64,000 nucleotides of DNA from a virus. The position numbers and the translations under genes were made by a program. The notes under the pieces were generated by a model that saw nothing but the letters and a program-made list of their open reading frames with translations, searched no databases and had not been told where the DNA came from. The stretch lies in IMG/VR virus record IMGVR_UViG_3300020034_000008, positions 1 to 64,000 of that record. The stretch is one strand, 5' to 3'. Shown here one piece after another: positions 54,582 to 62,970 of the stretch. How positions within the stretch are numbered: the stretch's first letter is position 1; every line of letters begins with the position of its first letter.

Positions 54582-54886
54582 TGAGTGCAACATACCAACA
54601 TTCTGTAGGGATTGAAATCTCTATTACTCTGCCTTCTTGGGCATTGAACACTGTTGATGCATCTCTTACAGCTAAACTGGTTAAGCCAGATGGCTCTACT
54701 TTGTTTAAGGATGACACTGATGTTATACAGACTAATTGGCCTGTAGTCGTGTATACGACTAAACACGGTGAGTTAGATCAAGTTGGTTTGTATAAGTGGG
54801 CACTTACTCTTCGTTATACTGGTAAAGAATTTCCACTTGACCCTATTCAGTTTCGTATTTGGCCACAAGATAGAGAGGGGTCATAA
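54581..54886 (+). CDS. small Ig-like (BppU-like) virion protein
   Basis: KPDG...Y.T..G.LDQ.G.Y pattern. Confidence 0.55.
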   Translation: MSATYQHSVGIEISITLPSWALNTVDASLTAKLVKPDGSTLFKDDTDVIQTNWPVVVYTTKHGELDQVGLYKWALTLRYTGKEFPLDPIQFRIWPQDREGS

Positions 54887-54890
54887 CTGA

Positions 54891-55178
54891 ATGATGATCG
54901 ATATAAACGGCAATGTCATAGCTACTGCTGTTAGTACATTTGTTACAGTAGGTGGAATTCTTATTTGGTTCGGTTTGAATGTACTAGGCAAAATAAGTGG
55001 CTTAACTAAATCAGTTGCTGATTTAAAAGACAGCATGGCTGAGATGAAGGTAGAGCAAAAAGCGTCTGTATTACATCTGGATATAAAGCTAGATAAATGG
55101 GGCGAGCGTTTAGGCGAAGCTGAGATTCACATTGCTGTGCTTAATTCAAAAGCGCAAAACAAAGATACAGAGGATTAA
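54891..55178 (+). CDS. membrane-anchored coiled-coil protein (holin/spanin-like)
   Basis: One TM followed by a coiled coil. Confidence 0.55.
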   Translation: MMIDINGNVIATAVSTFVTVGGILIWFGLNVLGKISGLTKSVADLKDSMAEMKVEQKASVLHLDIKLDKWGERLGEAEIHIAVLNSKAQNKDTED

Positions 55179-55182
55179 TAAT

Positions 55183-55527
55183 GTGGATGAGATTACACCT
55201 CATAGTCACCCGCTATCTCTCGAACCTAACGGACACTCGAAAGAGTATAAGGCTGCAATTGCAGCAGCAACGTCTCTTGTCGATCTTGCAAGGTACTTGT
55301 CTGAGAGCGCATCAACTATCGATACGCTGGAGGGAGTGGATCGAGTCACCGCGATGGCGGAAATACAGATTCGCATCACCGAGTGCGCAGAAATGCTTGC
55401 GGGATCCAATAACTCTAAACGGAATGATCGATCAAGTAGAACGAGACTTACAGCTTTGACTTTCGTAATAGTAGGCCAACTAAGCATGGTAGCTATAGCT
55501 GGTATACTATACTTCTTGTTGCACTAG
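55183..55527 (+). CDS. hypothetical protein with C-terminal TM helix
   Basis: GTG start after GAGGA. Confidence 0.55.
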   Translation: MDEITPHSHPLSLEPNGHSKEYKAAIAAATSLVDLARYLSESASTIDTLEGVDRVTAMAEIQIRITECAEMLAGSNNSKRNDRSSRTRLTALTFVIVGQLSMVAIAGILYFLLH

Positions 55528-55535
55528 GGGCGTAT

Positions 55536-55916
55536 ATGACTTCTACAGAAATTATTGCAATTATAGGTTCTATAGGAGTTTTAGTTACAACTGTGTTTAC
55601 TGCCTGGGCTGCATTTAAAGCTAAGACTGCTGCTTCTGCGGCAAAAGTTATTGGTGATGAGAATAAAGTGACAGGTGTAACGCGTGATAAGAAACTGGAT
55701 AATATCACAGTTCTTGTCGACGGCAGATATGGACAAGTTCTACAAGAATTAGCTGACATGAATAAAAAGTTTGCTATCCTAACTGGAGTGTCAGAAGACC
55801 ACGATAGAGCCGTTGTTGCGCAAGATAATGCTAACGCTCAACATGATCGAACAGCCGCTGCCTCTAGAGTTATTGCTGCTGGTGGAAGTGTAAAGTTGCC
55901 CGATACTAAGCTATAG
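55536..55916 (+). CDS. membrane protein, holin-like
   Basis: N-terminal TM, I..LVDGR motif. Confidence 0.55.
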   Translation: MTSTEIIAIIGSIGVLVTTVFTAWAAFKAKTAASAAKVIGDENKVTGVTRDKKLDNITVLVDGRYGQVLQELADMNKKFAILTGVSEDHDRAVVAQDNANAQHDRTAAASRVIAAGGSVKLPDTKL

Positions 55917-55918
55917 TT

Positions 55919-56689
55919 ATGGCAATTAATACTGGACTACGTATTGCGTATATATTGAAGAGACGTCGTGGACGTGGGGGTAAAAAACCACTTGTGCTTC
56001 CTGGCCTTGCGTTTGCCCCACTATGGTTCGATGCGCAGGACATCAACGCCGGTGCCGGACAGCCGCTGGACGGCGCGGCGATCGCAACGTGGAAAAATAA
56101 GGGCAGCATCGGCGCGGGCGGCGACTGCGTGCAGGCGACGGGGGCTAACAGGCCATTGTTCAAAACCGTCGGCGCTGTCGGTAAGTTGAACAACCTGAGC
56201 ACGGTTCGATTCGACGGGGCCAACGACTTTTTGGTATCGGCCGACTTTACGGCTCTCACCCAACCGACCCTGGTTTGCCTCATAGGCAGTCGAAACGGCG
56301 CTGCCAGCCAGGTGTTCTGCGCTGGCAATGGCGTGACGAACAGGAACCAGATTTGGTACGACGCCTCTGTTAACAAATGGGCGCTATATGCTGGCGCCGT
56401 TACCGACGGTGCGTTAACTGCTGACGACGCCAAATATACGATGTTCGCTGCTACATTTAACTTTGCGTCTTCAGTGTTTCGGGTCAATGGCGCGAACAAT
56501 GCCATCGGCAATCCCGGGAACAACGTTCTTGACGGTTTCTCTCTTGGCGGCGACGAGGGCGGCGGCGCGCCCCTCAATGGGGACATAGTTGAAGCAGTCG
56601 TGTATGTCGACACAGCCCCAAACCTTGTGGCGCGAGCGCTTTCGTTTGAAGCGTACGCAGTTGCAAAGTATGGAGCGTTTTCGCAGTGA
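55919..56689 (+). CDS. LamG/concanavalin A-like lectin-domain virion protein
   Basis: LWFDA.D, W.NK, QAT..NRP, VRFDG.ND, GDI.E..VY...E.Y...KYG. Confidence 0.75.
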   Translation: MAINTGLRIAYILKRRRGRGGKKPLVLPGLAFAPLWFDAQDINAGAGQPLDGAAIATWKNKGSIGAGGDCVQATGANRPLFKTVGAVGKLNNLSTVRFDGANDFLVSADFTALTQPTLVCLIGSRNGAASQVFCAGNGVTNRNQIWYDASVNKWALYAGAVTDGALTADDAKYTMFAATFNFASSVFRVNGANNAIGNPGNNVLDGFSLGGDEGGGAPLNGDIVEAVVYVDTAPNLVARALSFEAYAVAKYGAFSQ

Positions 56690-56774
56690 GCCAAACTAAC
56701 CCACTACAATTTGTCGTTATGCTCAGAAAAGATTTTGATCAATCTATGCAACTAATTGAGAAAAAGGAGTAGCC

Positions 56775-57626
56775 ATGTCTGTACGTCTATTTGATATCGG
56801 TCGTCAAAAACTTGCTGACGACGCTGACTGGGACACCGACACTATTAAGGTCATGCAAATTGATCTTGGCGTTACAGATACGATGGTTAAAGCTATCACA
56901 AGCTCAACAAACGCTACTCCTATTGTTGTCACCTGTACAGCGCACGGTTTCGCTAATGGAGATATTGTTTATATTCGTGGCATTGTTACTGGCACGTCTG
57001 GTAATGGAACGTGGCAGATTGCTAACCAGGCAACCAATACATTTGAGCTTAAGACTGTTAAAGACAATCTGAGTGCTGTTGGCAATGGTGTTGGTTCTGG
57101 TGGTGTCGTCATTAACCTTGGCGCGTCTACTACAAACCTTGGCCAGATTGATGGCGGACGTATTGGCACAGACCAGACGCTTGGTACAAAGACTTTAGTC
57201 AACGGTGTGCTTGACGCTGCTGACCCGACGTTCACAGCCGTTACAGGCAACGTAGATGCCATTGTGGCATACAAAGACACAGGCGCGGCTGGTACATCTC
57301 CTCCGCTTATTTGGATCGATGGCAAGATGCAGATTGTTGTAGCAGCTGATGCTGCTGGGTCTGCTACCCTTCTATGGGTGGAACAGCTTGCTGGTCCTAT
57401 TGCCTCTGGCATTGCGTTCGTTACTTCTGCTGGTGTTACTGTGACTACAACGTCCAGTGCTGTTGCTGGCGCTAGGAGTTTGGCGGTTAGTGCTTTGTCA
57501 GGTGCCGTTGCTGCTGGACACACTGCTGACGTTGCTACAACAGGTGCCGGTCTGCCGTTTACTGGTGGTGGTGGATCTTATACGTATCAATTCGATAACG
57601 GCGTTAATAAGATCATCAAGCTTTAA
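56775..57626 (+). CDS. putative virion fibre/filament subunit
   Basis: DW.TDTIKV start, inserted IT..TNA.P.V.T...HG..NGD.V.I domain; AAGGAG RBS. Confidence 0.6.
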   Translation: MSVRLFDIGRQKLADDADWDTDTIKVMQIDLGVTDTMVKAITSSTNATPIVVTCTAHGFANGDIVYIRGIVTGTSGNGTWQIANQATNTFELKTVKDNLSAVGNGVGSGGVVINLGASTTNLGQIDGGRIGTDQTLGTKTLVNGVLDAADPTFTAVTGNVDAIVAYKDTGAAGTSPPLIWIDGKMQIVVAADAAGSATLLWVEQLAGPIASGIAFVTSAGVTVTTTSSAVAGARSLAVSALSGAVAAGHTADVATTGAGLPFTGGGGSYTYQFDNGVNKIIKL

Positions 57627-57637
57627 CAAGTGATGAC

Positions 57638-58051
57638 ATGGATGAATCACTGCACATGATTGAAGCACGAGGTGAGTTGATTCCACATCCAGAAGAAAGA
57701 GGAGTCTATGATTGGATGGTGAAGTTAACTCTTGCTAAAAGAGAAACTGATCCAATTACCAAGGATCAGTTTTGGCGAGAGATTGATCACACTGTAGTAA
57801 ATCACCATGGTTTAGACTTTGGGGGTGCAACTGTTATTGCCCTTCAACGCAAATTGTTTAACGCCATTGGTGAGCCAAGTGCTGTGCGCACAATTGTGCA
57901 GAGGTCTGGCGATGTGTTGACGCTAGACTGGCTGCAAGGTCCAGATAGTAAGCAAGTCGAAGTCAAAAACAAAGCAGCTATAAACGCTGCAGGTGCATTG
58001 ATAGAGGAAGCTAGATTAACACTTGCTAAAGTAGGGCTGATAGGAGGCTGA
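57638..58051 (+). CDS. hypothetical protein
   Basis: 137-aa ORF. Confidence 0.6.
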   Translation: MDESLHMIEARGELIPHPEERGVYDWMVKLTLAKRETDPITKDQFWREIDHTVVNHHGLDFGGATVIALQRKLFNAIGEPSAVRTIVQRSGDVLTLDWLQGPDSKQVEVKNKAAINAAGALIEEARLTLAKVGLIGG

Positions 58052-58055
58052 TAAA

Positions 58056-58511
58056 ATGGCTGATCTTACTGCCCCACAACTTGTGACATTGGCTACTGAG
58101 ATTAACACTGATCCCAAGGCACTTACATACTTGCCTGCTAGCAAGAACAATATACAGATTGCATCAATTATAAATACAGTTGGTGCATCAGTTGAAACTG
58201 TGCGAGCAGGGCTTGTGACATCTGCTCAAGTTATGGGCGCGATACTGTTGAGTGAGTTGGCAGCATCGCTAACTACACAACCACAACTGTTTCAGTTCTT
58301 GTACTACATCAGTTCTGGTTTTGTAGATTTCAGCAATACTAATGTTCGTGCAGCAATGGTAAGCCTTTTCCCGGTAGGTACTGCCCCAACTACAAGAACA
58401 AATTTTCAGAATCTTGTTGATAGACCAGCCAGCAGGGCTGAGGTTTTATTTGGTGCTGGTCAAATTATCTCACCATGGGATGTTGGTCGTGCTCTCGTAA
58501 GGCCGGCTTAG
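58056..58511 (+). CDS. hypothetical protein, paralogue 1
   Basis: AGGAGG RBS; collinear similarity to the next ORF. Confidence 0.7.
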   Translation: MADLTAPQLVTLATEINTDPKALTYLPASKNNIQIASIINTVGASVETVRAGLVTSAQVMGAILLSELAASLTTQPQLFQFLYYISSGFVDFSNTNVRAAMVSLFPVGTAPTTRTNFQNLVDRPASRAEVLFGAGQIISPWDVGRALVRPA

Positions 58512-58531
58512 ATTTTGATTGGAGGTTGAAT

Positions 58532-58972
58532 ATGTTGGATTTAAATGATGAAGCACAATTATTGCGTTTAAAAACTGAATTAATTAGTAACCCAAAGTTA
58601 TTAGCTTATGCAGGTAAAACTGATGCTGACATTGCAACGTTGCTTAATACAGTCGGCGCATCTAATGAGAAGCAAACCGGCGCTGGTGTAGTCCCTACAC
58701 AAGTCTTAATGAGTTGTATTGTGCTGTCAGAGTGGCTACTCCTGCAACCAGCACTTCAGCAACGATTGTCGTTTTGGTTCAGTGCTGGGTCTTTAGACAC
58801 TGGTAATTCAAATGTAAGAGAGGCAGTCGCTAGTGTCTTTGGTGGTGGTACTCAGACACAAGCGAATTTATTAGCCGCAGTAGATAAACCAATTTCTCGT
58901 GGAGAGTCTTTGTTTGGTGTAGGCACTGTTGTATATCCATGGGATGTTGGACGAGCTAAAGCACTACCGTAG
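58532..58972 (+). CDS. hypothetical protein, paralogue 2
   Basis: GGAGG RBS; shares NTVGAS, NVR.A, SR.E.LFG.G and PWDVGRA. Confidence 0.7.
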   Translation: MLDLNDEAQLLRLKTELISNPKLLAYAGKTDADIATLLNTVGASNEKQTGAGVVPTQVLMSCIVLSEWLLLQPALQQRLSFWFSAGSLDTGNSNVREAVASVFGGGTQTQANLLAAVDKPISRGESLFGVGTVVYPWDVGRAKALP

Positions 58973-58982
58973 GAGACTCTAA

Positions 58983-59459
58983 GTGGCATCAGAGATTAAA
59001 GATAAACTGACAACTCCAGCGGCTCTAACTATTACGTTAGCGTCGCTGGCATCGTCGACAACCTTTGTTGGTCGCCAATCTACGTTGGTTGATAATACGA
59101 CTAATCGTTATTCTCTGATTCATTTATTTAATAAATTTACACAAGGTACGACACCGACTGGAAATAAAGGTGCCTATGTGTTCGGTATACGCGGTGACAA
59201 AGACGCAACGACACCTCATCGTTCTGATAATGCAGGTGCTAGCGATGCAGCGTGGACGCGTAACAATGCTGAGTTTTTAAATGTTGGTCGTAACTTAGCC
59301 AGTCCAGCTACTGGCGACGTGATTTATATCGAATCGTTCATCGTAAACCCCGGCCCCGAGTGGGGGATCGGCGTATACCACGATACTGTAGCTGCTCTAA
59401 ATTCAACCGGTACTAACCACTGGGCACGCTGGGTAGGAAATAACCCAGAAGCACAGTAG
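58983..59459 (+). CDS. putative virion beta-sandwich protein
   Basis: TITLASLASS...GRQST.VDN; AGGAG RBS. Confidence 0.6.
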   Translation: MASEIKDKLTTPAALTITLASLASSTTFVGRQSTLVDNTTNRYSLIHLFNKFTQGTTPTGNKGAYVFGIRGDKDATTPHRSDNAGASDAAWTRNNAEFLNVGRNLASPATGDVIYIESFIVNPGPEWGIGVYHDTVAALNSTGTNHWARWVGNNPEAQ

Positions 59460-59471
59460 GCGTATAGAGAC

Positions 59472-61877
59472 ATGGGGCTCTTTAACGGAGCATCAACCTC
59501 TAATTTTAGAGAATACGCGAACAACGGACGCTTCAATGTCGCGACGACTCACACGATTGCGATCTGGGTCTTCCCACTAGCGACGCCAATAGCGCAGTGG
59601 GGCTTCGCTTGTCGTGGCGTCGGCACACTTTCTGGCGAGTTCACGCTTGGTACCCCTGCCGCCACGACATTCAACCTGGCGCGTGCGAGCTTCACGACTG
59701 GCTCCCTCATCACGCTGGCCGACACGCTACAGTGGACCAACAATCGTTGGTTTCATTTCTGTCAAACGTGGGACGGCACCAACTTTCGCCTCTATGTCGA
59801 CGGCAAGCAGCGGGCAAGTAGCGTGCCTGGTGGTACTTGGACCCAAAGCACAACGACCAACATCCGGCTTTGGATGCGTACCGACGCCACGATCGGAACC
59901 ACCAACTGTTACCTGGAACAGTTTGGTTGGTGGAGAACTGCATTCTCGCCGATGGAAGTTGATGCACTATCAAGAGGCATTAATTTTACTAAAATAAGAC
60001 GAGAAGACGCACTGATTCTGGACCCATTGCAAGACCCATCACAGCGAGAGTTAGTAGCTGGTTTAGGAACAAATACAGGCACTTTATCTATAGTAATGCG
60101 TGCTCCTGTACAGCGTACGCCCTTAAATTACCCGCTTGCTAAGCCAAAAGTAATGCGTGGCCTCTCGCGTAAACGCTACTATGTTAGTCCTGCTGGAGTA
60201 ATTATCCTATTACTATCCGGTGATACTACTGATGAGAGTTCAGGTGCCAGTACATTAACATCTACAAATGCATTTGCTGGCCAATATAGTTTAGAGCGTC
60301 CTGGTGCTGAAACACTGTCGGTGTCTGGAGCACTATCTGGACCATTCAGTGCAGAGTTTCCTGGTGCATCAAACACGTCAGGCTTTCTTGCTTTTGCCGG
60401 CATACAGTCAATTGAAGCAGCTGGTGCTGAGACACTAGCGTCAACAAATCTACTGTCTGGAAAATATAGCGACGAAAGATCTGGCGCAATATCTATTGTT
60501 CAAGCGCTTCTGATGGCTGCTGGACTTTCAAATGAAGCGGCGGGATCAGCAATATTAACAGCAAGCAATATACTGTCTGCTGGATCCTCGTCCGAATTAC
60601 CTGGGGCTGAGTCTTTAACTGGTACATTGCCTTTATTCGGTAAGTACAGTGACGAGAAGTCTGGTGCGTCTACGCTTACTAGCACTCTTGGTTTAGCCGG
60701 CGCATTCTCAGACGAGCGTGCAGGTGCTAGCTTACTCTCAGTATTGAATCAACTGAGTGCTGGCAGATCAACAGAACTTGCTGGCGTTCTTTCACTCCTT
60801 GGTTCTTTATCGTTAGCAGGACCATACAGCGAAGAAAAAGCTGGTGCAATAACACTACTAGTAAGTGTTGCGCTTCTTCTTTCTGGTGCTTATAGCTCGG
60901 AGCGTGCTGGTGCTGCAACGCTTGCATCAACACTCGCACTATCTGGTGGTTTATCAAACGAACTGCCTGGGGCTGATTTACTTCTAGCTGTTCTTAGCTT
61001 GGCCGGTGGACAGACAACAGAAGCACCAGGATCAGTCTCTGTTTTAGCTGGTATTGTATTGTTGTTGCTTTCCGGCGCGTACAGTGGCGAACGGTCTGGA
61101 GCCAGCACACTAGCATCCACTCTTGGATTGTTTGGCGGACTATCTAACGAGACAGCAGGAGCAGAATTACTTCTAGCCTCGTTGAGTTTAGCTGGTGGGC
61201 GAACATCTGAGCAGGCAGGAGCAGCGTCAGTTGTTGCTGGTTTAATTACGCTGCTGTTGGCCGCAGGAGTAAGCGGCGAGAAAGCAGGAGCGCCAACACT
61301 CCAGACAGTTTTACAGTTCGCTGCCGGTCTCTCTGGCGAAAGAAGTGGCGCTAATTTACTTTCCAGTACGAGCACTCTGTCTGGTGGTTTGACAGAAGCA
61401 GCGAGTGGTGCAGTTACTTTAGTTCGCTCTCTTTTGTTAGCTTCTGGCATTTCGTCAGAACGCGCTGGCTCATTTATTACATCAGCAGTAGCTGGCTTGA
61501 GTTCTGGTGTCTCATCAGAGGTGAGTGGCAGTAGTTTGTTGTCAGCTTTACTTTCGCCAAAAGGTGTAGGTTCTTCTGAACAGGCCGGCACTGTATCTCT
61601 GGTAGCTATTTTACAACTGTTAATGTCAGGTGGACTATCGTCGGAAGCTGCTGGCGCTCTACTCGTGCAGCAGCCTGCGCTTACAGCTGAAGTCCACCGA
61701 ATGATTCGTGGCTTCGTCAACGCGCATTCAAGTATGTCGGCGAAGGCCAGCACTCGCTTCAGCGTGGCATCGAAGGTCAACGCCAGGGGCGATGTGGCAT
61801 CGAAGACTGATGCGAAGGGTGACGTGAATGGTTTGGTAGACGGATCTGGGAAACCGATTCGCGGAAAACCACACTAG
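59472..61877 (+). CDS. LamG-domain protein with long ~21-aa repeat stalk
   Basis: W.HFC.TWDG...LYVDG LamG motif; more than 20 repeats of L.G..S.E..GA..L. Confidence 0.75.
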   Translation: MGLFNGASTSNFREYANNGRFNVATTHTIAIWVFPLATPIAQWGFACRGVGTLSGEFTLGTPAATTFNLARASFTTGSLITLADTLQWTNNRWFHFCQTWDGTNFRLYVDGKQRASSVPGGTWTQSTTTNIRLWMRTDATIGTTNCYLEQFGWWRTAFSPMEVDALSRGINFTKIRREDALILDPLQDPSQRELVAGLGTNTGTLSIVMRAPVQRTPLNYPLAKPKVMRGLSRKRYYVSPAGVIILLLSGDTTDESSGASTLTSTNAFAGQYSLERPGAETLSVSGALSGPFSAEFPGASNTSGFLAFAGIQSIEAAGAETLASTNLLSGKYSDERSGAISIVQALLMAAGLSNEAAGSAILTASNILSAGSSSELPGAESLTGTLPLFGKYSDEKSGASTLTSTLGLAGAFSDERAGASLLSVLNQLSAGRSTELAGVLSLLGSLSLAGPYSEEKAGAITLLVSVALLLSGAYSSERAGAATLASTLALSGGLSNELPGADLLLAVLSLAGGQTTEAPGSVSVLAGIVLLLLSGAYSGERSGASTLASTLGLFGGLSNETAGAELLLASLSLAGGRTSEQAGAASVVAGLITLLLAAGVSGEKAGAPTLQTVLQFAAGLSGERSGANLLSSTSTLSGGLTEAASGAVTLVRSLLLASGISSERAGSFITSAVAGLSSGVSSEVSGSSLLSALLSPKGVGSSEQAGTVSLVAILQLLMSGGLSSEAAGALLVQQPALTAEVHRMIRGFVNAHSSMSAKASTRFSVASKVNARGDVASKTDAKGDVNGLVDGSGKPIRGKPH

Positions 61878-61882
61878 GAGCC

Positions 61883-61911
61883 TTGACGCCGGCTTTCGGA
61901 TCTGCCATCCT
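61883..61911 (+). promoter_or_regulatory. sigma70-like promoter TTGACG-N17-CATCCT upstream of the tRNAs
   Basis: Good -35, extended TG, weak -10. Confidence 0.45.
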
Positions 61912-61966
61912 GTGTGAATTCCAGGTGGGTAGGATCTCTAGATGTCCCGCCCACACGGAAGTCAAC

Positions 61967-62040
61967 GGTGGCATAGCTCAATCGGTTAGAGCAAACGCTT
62001 TATAAGCGTTAGGTTGTTGGTTCAATTCCAACTGCCACTA
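61967..62040 (+). tRNA. tRNA-Ile(UAU)
   Basis: Acceptor GGTGGCA/TGCCACT, anticodon arm AACGC-TT TAT AA-GCGTT, TTCAATT T-loop; no encoded CCA. Confidence 0.9.
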
Positions 62041-62046
62041 CTATCC

Positions 62047-62118
62047 GCCCTCTTAGCTCAGTGGTTGAGCAACAGTTTTGTAAACTGTAGGCCATCGGTT
62101 CAAATCCGATAGAGGGCT
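62047..62118 (+). tRNA. tRNA-Thr(UGU)
   Basis: Acceptor GCCCTCT/AGAGGGC, ACAGT-TT TGT AA-ACTGT. Confidence 0.92.
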
Positions 62119-62137
62119 TTTTGTAATACAAAATCAA
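62119..62137. promoter_or_regulatory. second copy of the palindromic operator (TTTTGTAATACAAAATCAA)
   Basis: 18/19 match, inverted, to 14206-14224. Confidence 0.6.
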
Positions 62138-62150
62138 CTGGAGATAGAAG

Positions 62151-62333
62151 ATGACTGCTATTCATACTGACCTATTACGAGTACTAATTGCTGCACAAGT
62201 ACAAGTTATTGCACACGTTGATAGAGAGTCTGCTGGTGAATTGCCTGGGCCAATTCTTAATCAATTAGACTATTGGCTAGTGCAAGCTCGCAAGTTAGTT
62301 GTCAGATTGAGTATGGAAGATAAAGGAAAGTAG
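62151..62333 (+). CDS. hypothetical protein
   Basis: GGAG RBS. Confidence 0.6.
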   Translation: MTAIHTDLLRVLIAAQVQVIAHVDRESAGELPGPILNQLDYWLVQARKLVVRLSMEDKGK

Positions 62334-62336
62334 TAT

Positions 62337-62597
62337 ATGGGCGCTGCACCACAATTGAAATTCAAAGAGTATCATGAACCTGAAGGTGTTGGTTGGGGTA
62401 CACTGTGGACAGTTGTTGATGTTGGACCAGGACAATATGAAACAAGAGAAGTTCAAGCTTATGCTGTTAAAGATGGGTGGGTTGTTAGGATTGGTTGTTT
62501 CCGTATGTACGTATCAACAGGTACTTTGCATACCACGCAATACGCTGCTGAGAGACGCGCAGAGTTATTGACACTTACAGATCGATATAATCGTTAG
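62337..62597 (+). CDS. hypothetical protein
   Basis: AAGGA RBS. Confidence 0.6.
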   Translation: MGAAPQLKFKEYHEPEGVGWGTLWTVVDVGPGQYETREVQAYAVKDGWVVRIGCFRMYVSTGTLHTTQYAAERRAELLTLTDRYNR

Positions 62598-62603
62598 TTT
62601 TCT

Positions 62604-62684
62604 GGCCGGATGATGGAATGGTAGACATCGTGGATTTAAAATCCACTGACGAAAGTCGTGCGAGTTCAAGTCTCGCTCTGGCCA
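62604..62684 (+). tRNA. tRNA-Leu(UAA)
   Basis: Acceptor GGCCGGA/TCTGGCC, GTGGA-TT TAA AA-TCCAC, long variable arm GAC-GAAA-GTC. Confidence 0.92.
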
Positions 62685-62726
62685 ACGAATGTACTGAACA
62701 GAAACCAACTGAACAGGAGATAGAAA

Positions 62727-62942
62727 ATGCACACTCGTCCTTCGCCTTTTCCGCGTGTTCTTAATGACGGCCGTATTTGTGTTGATGAGAAATGTACGTG
62801 TGGTCGCTACCGCAGTAGTCATGAAGATACAGTTGCATACGGGCATGGTCCATACCTTATTGGTGACAGACGTGAATGTCCTAAATTCTCGTTCGCTACT
62901 TATGTCTTTGATCGCTCGATTGCTTTTACAGGCGCAAGGTAG
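62727..62942 (+). CDS. hypothetical Cys/His-containing protein
   Basis: AGGAG RBS; CTCG....H...C..F. Confidence 0.6.
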   Translation: MHTRPSPFPRVLNDGRICVDEKCTCGRYRSSHEDTVAYGHGPYLIGDRRECPKFSFATYVFDRSIAFTGAR

Positions 62943-62970
62943 TCTGTAGCTTATGGCTTTCGGCTACATA

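Noticed and set aside
55906-61780. Long antisense ORFs (55906-56694, 56969-57523, 60890-61780)
   Set aside because: Shadow frames of well-supported sense genes
41469-61877. Diversity-generating retroelement or invertible fibre cassette
   Set aside because: No reverse transcriptase or invertase in the window; the fibre repeats differ at synonymous positions rather than adenine-specifically
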